Part shown: positions 55,583 to 64,000 of the stretch, in pieces
Numbering within the stretch: the first letter of the stretch is position 1
How the letters are laid out: the number at the start of each line of letters is the position of its first letter
Virus record (IMG/VR): IMGVR_UViG_3300042691_008788
Location: 1 to 64,000 of that record
DNA length: 64,000 nucleotides
From: a virus
Direction: 5' to 3' (one strand)
Translations under genes and position numbers: made by a program
The notes under the pieces: generated by a model
What the model was told of the DNA's origin: nothing
What the model saw: only the letters and a program-made list of their open reading frames with translations
The model's database searches: none

Positions 55583-57507
55583 GCAGTAAGATCAACGATT
55601 TCGCACTTATCACCAGAGCAAGCAAATGTCTGTGAACTTGCTGTTGCATCCACCTTCTCATATTGCTTCAACATCGACCAATCGACTCCTACAGGCATCT
55701 TTTCAAGAAGTGCATCGTATTGTGCCTTCGTGCATTCTTGATATGGAGCCTGTCGGTACGAGTGGTCCGAGTGGGGCAGGAACGAGATGCCGCTGATCTC
55801 ATCGAAGTGCTTGTAAACAAATGCACCTACATCCATCCACTCATGATCGCGAACAGTGATGGTGATAGATGGCTTGTGTTCACACCAGTGACGCTGATAT
55901 GCCAACCACAACTCAAGGTGTTCTATTGCCGTGAGGTCATTGCGGGTGACAGAACCCTCTGCCTTCTGCGGGAACGAGAAGACCATGGTGTGGTCGGGCT
56001 TCATGACGCACGGCTCATGGGGGAAGCCAAGATCCACCATCATCTGACAGAGTGGATCTTTGCGATCTGCACGAACGGTGCGGATGTAGTATTCGCTATG
56101 TCGTGGATGGATACCCGACGCAGAATCGGTTAATTGGCTGACAGTTCCAGAAGGTTTGACACATGTGATTGCAGCAGCGGGATTGATTCCAATCTTCTTA
56201 GACCACTCAAGATTTGTCTCAATGGCGTGTTCTTTGAGAGCGATCAGAATATTTGCACTATTTTTCGTATCACTCATCATCTTATTGTCAAGAATACCAG
56301 TCAGCGAAAGGCCAAGCAATGCCTCTTCTTCACAGTTCTTGTTCCATGATGATGAAAGATAAGGGAAGTGTGTTAGAGATGCTTGCCATGTGCCTAGAAT
56401 AGATGCTAGACGAACCTTGCGCTTCAGGGATTCTGCCGTGTCATCTGCTCTTACAACGACCTCGGTGAGATTACAGAACTCACAGTCGCGAAGAATGATC
56501 TCTGAACATGGATTCGTTCCAAAGTCATAGTTTGGATCGCGACGATCACCCAACTTTGCCACAGTCTTCTTTGCTGCATCGCGGTTGAATATTCCACGCT
56601 CACCGCTCTTGGACTTGTAAAGTGAAACCCACTCGTCCATGAACACACCGATCTCGGGCTTTTCCTTGTATGCAACAGAGTTGTTCGCTAGTGCGCGTTG
56701 TGCATTGTCATTCCACCATGCACCCGTCTTGGCATCGCGCATTCTTTCGTCTGTCAGGTTTGAAAGCGAAATGAGAGCAGAGCGTCGTACTCCTCCGACG
56801 ACGACAATCTCCGCAACCTTACAGACGATATCATGGCATTCGATGGATGTAAGTTTTCGTCCTGCGGCTCGTCTAAAGGTGTCAACGGTGAATCTAAAGA
56901 GATCCTCCAATGGCTTTGGTCCACTCGCGCGACCTCCAAATGTCTTAAGTCTTGCTCCCGCAGGACGAATCTTTGATAGATCCCATTGGGGTACTTGACC
57001 TCCAATAAGAAGAGAGATGAGTTCGCGGAACGCCTTAGCCCAACCAGCCTTTGAATCCTGCACAACAATCGTCGTATCGGAATCAGTGAACACTTCAGCG
57101 ATTGTAGGAAGTTTCTCGACATATTGCCTTTCCACGGAGAAGCCTACACCTGTACCGCACATCAATATGTAGAGGATCTCATCAAATGCGCGGACACGAT
57201 TGACTGCAACATAGGAGCAGTTATAACCAGCCGTATTGTCGCGCTTGAGGGCTTCTCCTGCGGTCATGAGCGAACGCATGGAAGGCATGATCTCAAGGTT
57301 CAGAATGGCTGTCTTCAGTTCCTGTCGAAGTGCGGGATCGACATTGTAGTTCTTGTTGTTGGCAAGATGATCGTCAAAGAACCTGAAGTAACGCTCAACA
57401 GTCTCTTCCCAAGTCTCCCGTCTACCCTCCTTCTCAAGCCATCTGGCGTATCTGGAAATGAAGATGAAGTGCTGATAAGGTGTTGGAAGACTCTGAAATG
57501 AACTCAT
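55579..57507 (-). CDS. nrdJ: Class II (B12-dependent) ribonucleotide reductase, RTPR type
   Basis: RRETW.ETV.R, MPSMR, YNC, GTGVG, GGVRRSA, TNPCSE, CNLTE, TCVKPSGT, C-terminal ACSGDKCE. Confidence 0.95.
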   Translation of the reverse strand: MSSFQSLPTPYQHFIFISRYARWLEKEGRRETWEETVERYFRFFDDHLANNKNYNVDPALRQELKTAILNLEIMPSMRSLMTAGEALKRDNTAGYNCSYVAVNRVRAFDEILYILMCGTGVGFSVERQYVEKLPTIAEVFTDSDTTIVVQDSKAGWAKAFRELISLLIGGQVPQWDLSKIRPAGARLKTFGGRASGPKPLEDLFRFTVDTFRRAAGRKLTSIECHDIVCKVAEIVVVGGVRRSALISLSNLTDERMRDAKTGAWWNDNAQRALANNSVAYKEKPEIGVFMDEWVSLYKSKSGERGIFNRDAAKKTVAKLGDRRDPNYDFGTNPCSEIILRDCEFCNLTEVVVRADDTAESLKRKVRLASILGTWQASLTHFPYLSSSWNKNCEEEALLGLSLTGILDNKMMSDTKNSANILIALKEHAIETNLEWSKKIGINPAAAITCVKPSGTVSQLTDSASGIHPRHSEYYIRTVRADRKDPLCQMMVDLGFPHEPCVMKPDHTMVFSFPQKAEGSVTRNDLTAIEHLELWLAYQRHWCEHKPSITITVRDHEWMDVGAFVYKHFDEISGISFLPHSDHSYRQAPYQECTKAQYDALLEKMPVGVDWSMLKQYEKVDATASSQTFACSGDKCEIVDLTA

Positions 57508-57625
57508 GTGAAACTGTACTCCTGTTTTTGTTGTTGAGTCGAATATGTAGACTGTAGTATAGCACAAAATTTGGCTTTGGAAGACCAAAGTATTTGGATT
57601 AACATTTGATTTTTATTGAGTTGTG

Positions 57626-59131
57626 TTACTCAAAATATCCATCAAAAGAAACGCTTCCACGCAACACTAATGTGTTGCCCGTTACGGTTCCAAATGGACG
57701 CACTATCAAATTAATGAAGTGACCCGCAGGAATAACAAGTGGAGATGTAAATTCCATGTTAAATCCTGGTTTATGGGCACCAGCCGCATCAGTTGCCAAA
57801 AACCCATGACCGCCGATTACAATGGATTTACCAGATACAGTTGTTGCCGAATCTGATGTATTGGTTGCGGAGGCACTTGAGCCAACAGTGACAATATATG
57901 ATATAAAAATAGGGTTGGTTGAGGCTCCTACCGATGGAACAGTATCTCCAATGCGAACACCTGTGATGTATAGGGTTTTGCCTGGTCGTGCAGCAGTTCC
58001 TATCGGATTCTGAAATGCAAACACTGGATAATCTGCATCGGATGTCAGAGTAGAAATAGCAGGAGATGTCCACAGACCACCAAGGTTATTGAGAGCAGGA
58101 GCAGATGTTGCCGTCCATGTACCCGCAGTACGAGCAGTCGCACTTGCTGGATGTCCTGTAGAAGCAGAAGCGCGAGTCACCGTTGGTCCTGGAGTGTTTC
58201 CAACATGTAGATGATATGATCCACCACCACTTCCCACCATTGCATGTGACCAAGGCTTATCTGTGTTCTGATCACCAAATCCAACATTCACACATCCAAC
58301 ATTGATTTGTCTGATAGTAGATGGGACTGCGGTATTTACCGTTCTGAATCCGACAGGCAAAGCCGATGCGTTAGAAAACTGTGACTGCGATGATGGACAC
58401 CTAATGCTTCCTACGAGTACATCATTGATCCAAAATTTCACAATATTGTTGTCAACAACAATGAGGTAGTGATTTATTTCCTCCTCTTTAAATAAACCGT
58501 AACCATCTCGGGAAGGAACATTTCTTGTATCTAATGTTATTTCTGTAATATCAATTTGGTTGCTTGTAATGATACCTTTCAGTTGACCACCTGAAATGCA
58601 TCTGAAAAAGATTCCATCAATGGGTTGTTGTGTGGCTTGATTCAAGAGGTACAACAATCCCCATTCACTGATGGCATTCACCGCCAGAGGACCACCTATG
58701 GAAATCCACATGTCCACATAGATGGGATAAGTTCCGAATGTAGGAAAAGTTCTCCATGTCCTCACATATGCAGCAGCACCGCTTGTAATCATCGCAGCAA
58801 TCGCAGCAGAATTGACCGTGAGAACTCCGTTAGCCTGTACAGAACCAGTGGTTGTTGCAAAAGAATAGAAATGTGTAGTGAGTATTACGCTTCCTTCAAA
58901 TGTCGCATTGAAGACAGTTTGGTCCGATCCCACGCGAACGCGATAGTCATCAGAGGACTCAATGGCTTTTAAATCACGGGAGCCAAGAATGCTTCCCGCA
59001 TCTATTTCTGTACTCAAACTAGCAAATCCAGCACTTATTTCAGTCTGTGGTGTCACCACCTTGAGTTGGTGATATGCATCTATATCCACCAAGTCATTTG
59101 AACGGTTTCCATTCGTAATCTTCACACTCAT
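57626..59131 (-). CDS. Tail-fibre-associated structural protein, paralog B
   Basis: Full-length similarity to 59433-60929; lectin/ConA-like HYL.V.....V.FWINDVLV. Confidence 0.75.
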   Translation of the reverse strand: MSVKITNGNRSNDLVDIDAYHQLKVVTPQTEISAGFASLSTEIDAGSILGSRDLKAIESSDDYRVRVGSDQTVFNATFEGSVILTTHFYSFATTTGSVQANGVLTVNSAAIAAMITSGAAAYVRTWRTFPTFGTYPIYVDMWISIGGPLAVNAISEWGLLYLLNQATQQPIDGIFFRCISGGQLKGIITSNQIDITEITLDTRNVPSRDGYGLFKEEEINHYLIVVDNNIVKFWINDVLVGSIRCPSSQSQFSNASALPVGFRTVNTAVPSTIRQINVGCVNVGFGDQNTDKPWSHAMVGSGGGSYHLHVGNTPGPTVTRASASTGHPASATARTAGTWTATSAPALNNLGGLWTSPAISTLTSDADYPVFAFQNPIGTAARPGKTLYITGVRIGDTVPSVGASTNPIFISYIVTVGSSASATNTSDSATTVSGKSIVIGGHGFLATDAAGAHKPGFNMEFTSPLVIPAGHFINLIVRPFGTVTGNTLVLRGSVSFDGYFE

Positions 59132-59897
59132 CTTATAGTCCTCTCCATTCAGATTGCATCAATAGTAGCAAAAGAAAACTCAACTTGAGTCTTTACATAC
59201 GCATATGCATCAGCAACGGTAAATCCCGATGGGAAAACTGTTGGCATATCTGTGGGTTGAACTGTGTATGTAATCTGTCGTAACACTTCACACTCCCGTC
59301 CACGGGCAGTTTCATCATAATATCCATCTAGTCTTATGGTGCAAGACCCGTTTATATTAAAAGTAACCGCAGCAATTTTCCAGTACAAAGCGGGAACACC
59401 GTGTGGAGTTTGTACAATTTGTATAAGTGCCATTATTCAAAATATCCGTTTACTGCAAGGCTACTTGTAACTACAAGAGTATTGCTTGCTACTGTTCCAA
59501 ATGGACGCACAACGAAGTGAAAATAGTGTCCTGCGGGAACCATTAAAGGAGAATCAAACCGCACTTCAAATCCAGGTTTATAGTTTCCCACGACTTCAGT
59601 TGCCAAAAACCCATGTCCACCCACCGTGATGGATTTTCCCGATACAGTTGTTGCGGAATCTGCTGTGCTTGTGGCAACCGCACTGTTGCCAACCATAACA
59701 ATGTATGATAGAAAAATAGCGTTGGTTGAAGCCACAGTGGAAACATATGCTTCTCCAACACGAATACCTGTGATGTATAAAGTCTTTCCTGGAAGTGTCT
59801 GAGTTCCTGTCGGATTCTGAAATGCAAACACTGGATAATCTGCATCGGATGTCAGAGTAGAAATAGCAGGAGATGTCCACAGACCACCAAGGTTATT
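58003..59897. repeat. Direct repeat: 58003-58090 identical to 59810-59897
   Basis: 88 bp identical by eye within the paralogs; near-identity continues beyond it. Confidence 0.85.
59149..59433 (-). CDS. Small tail fibre assembly/chaperone-like protein
   Basis: MAL....TPHGV.A.YWKI...GY.DE.AR...AY.Y.KT..EF..A.D pattern. Confidence 0.65.
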   Translation of the reverse strand: MALIQIVQTPHGVPALYWKIAAVTFNINGSCTIRLDGYYDETARGRECEVLRQITYTVQPTDMPTVFPSGFTVADAYAYVKTQVEFSFATIDAI

Positions 59898-60929
59898 TAA
59901 TGCTGGTGCAGATGTTGCCGTCCATGTACCCGCAGTACGACCAGTCGCACTTGCTGGATGTCCAAATGTTGCACCAGCGCGAGTCACCGTTGGTCCTGGA
60001 GTGTTTCCATTTGCAAACTGATATGCTCCGTTACCCAAACCACACAGAACATGCGTCCAAGGCTTGTTTGTATTCTGATCACCAAATCCAACATTCACAT
60101 AACCAATGGAAAGTTGACGAGCAGAAGATGCTGCACCCGTATTTACTACACGGAATCCAACAGGATTACCAGATGATGCGGAGAACTGTGCCTGTGCAGC
60201 AGGACATGGAATTTCGGCAACAAGCACATCATTAATCCAAAAGCGGACTATGTCATTGTGGAATACAAGCAGATAGTGATTGGATTCAGTTGGATCAAAT
60301 GTGCCAACACCGTCTCGCGCAGGAACATTTGTCGTGGTGATGGTGACATCAGCAACATCTACAGAGTTATTAGTAACGATTGCCTTCAAAGTACCACCAG
60401 AAGTACGACGGAAGAAAATACCGTCAATGGGTTGTTGTGTGGCTTGTGCCGTGAGGTACAACAATCCCCATTCGCTTATTGCATTTGTGGCAGTGACATT
60501 GGCTTCACGAATCCACATGTCCACATAGGTGGGATAGGTTCCAAATGTTGAGAAATGCCTGTGTGAACGAACATAAGCAGCGTGACCTGTTGTGGTCGAT
60601 GTTCCATTGTTTAGCACCATGAATCCTGTGGCTTGTGCAGTTGTCATCGATGTGAGCAACTGACTCCATGTGGTTGTGAGGATGGTGGTACCTTCAAAGG
60701 TTGTATTGAACATTGTCTGGTCAATACCGACACGAAGACGATAGTCATCAGAGCATTCGGGGGGAATGACAGTACGAGTTCCCAATACATCACCACTATC
60801 CACTTCCGTACTCAACTGTACAAATCCTGCATTCTCCTCGGTCTGAGGAGTTACCACTTGCAATTCGTATGTTGCACTCACATTTGCAAGCCCTGCTGAA
60901 TTGTTTCCGCCCTTAATATTCACAGCCAT
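59433..60929 (-). CDS. Tail-fibre-associated structural protein, paralog A
   Basis: Full-length similarity to 57626-59131; both end GYFE. Confidence 0.75.
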   Translation of the reverse strand: MAVNIKGGNNSAGLANVSATYELQVVTPQTEENAGFVQLSTEVDSGDVLGTRTVIPPECSDDYRLRVGIDQTMFNTTFEGTTILTTTWSQLLTSMTTAQATGFMVLNNGTSTTTGHAAYVRSHRHFSTFGTYPTYVDMWIREANVTATNAISEWGLLYLTAQATQQPIDGIFFRRTSGGTLKAIVTNNSVDVADVTITTTNVPARDGVGTFDPTESNHYLLVFHNDIVRFWINDVLVAEIPCPAAQAQFSASSGNPVGFRVVNTGAASSARQLSIGYVNVGFGDQNTNKPWTHVLCGLGNGAYQFANGNTPGPTVTRAGATFGHPASATGRTAGTWTATSAPALNNLGGLWTSPAISTLTSDADYPVFAFQNPTGTQTLPGKTLYITGIRVGEAYVSTVASTNAIFLSYIVMVGNSAVATSTADSATTVSGKSITVGGHGFLATEVVGNYKPGFEVRFDSPLMVPAGHYFHFVVRPFGTVASNTLVVTSSLAVNGYFE

Positions 60930-60941
60930 CTTTTATCTCCT

Positions 60942-64000
<3,059 letters not shown>

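Noticed and set aside
57626-60929. Diversity-generating retroelement TR/VR pair in the paralogous fibre genes
   Set aside because: Differences are not adenine-specific, both copies are coding, and there is no reverse transcriptase in the window.

Overview
This window is a 64 kb segment of a large T4-like (Tevenvirinae/Kyanoviridae-style) myophage genome. The host is probably a planctomycete (Phycisphaerae), inferred from a PAPG-type PEP-CTERM gene. Layout: (1) 1-3.9 kb is a tail/baseplate module (gp2, gp54/gp19-like, gp26, gp51, gp29/tape-measure-like). (2) 4-12.8 kb holds small hypothetical genes and most of the 11 tRNAs (plus one degenerate tRNA). (3) 13-27 kb is a GC-richer early region with sigma70-like, partly leaderless promoters, a MoxR/CobS AAA+ ATPase and its vWA partner, an i-type lysozyme, a TraR/DksA finger, an EcoRI-like endonuclease plus Dam-like methylase, and a G-quadruplex/purine-rich intergenic tract. 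(4) 27-44 kb is a late cluster of proteins carrying T4-type capsid-targeting leaders and repeated hydrophobic-X-Glu prohead-protease sites. (5) 45-47.7 kb encodes an exonuclease, gp32 and gp33. (6) 47.7-64 kb encodes large structural proteins, a PEP-CTERM moron, class II RNR (NrdJ), tandem paralogous fibre-associated proteins and a collagen-repeat tail fibre. The best candidate for an undescribed system is the 27-39 kb cluster: capsid-packaged polyproteins that would be cut into many basic or Pro/Arg-rich peptides, plus packaged enzymes (ART-like, HExxH protease, nucleotidyltransferase-GNAT-GNAT). Other highlights are a probable -1 frameshift joining gp26 to gp51 just upstream of the tape-measure gene, a palindromic operator shared by the AAA and vWA genes, and several intergenic pseudoknots or structured RNAs. 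All family assignments come from motif recognition by eye; no database search was run.
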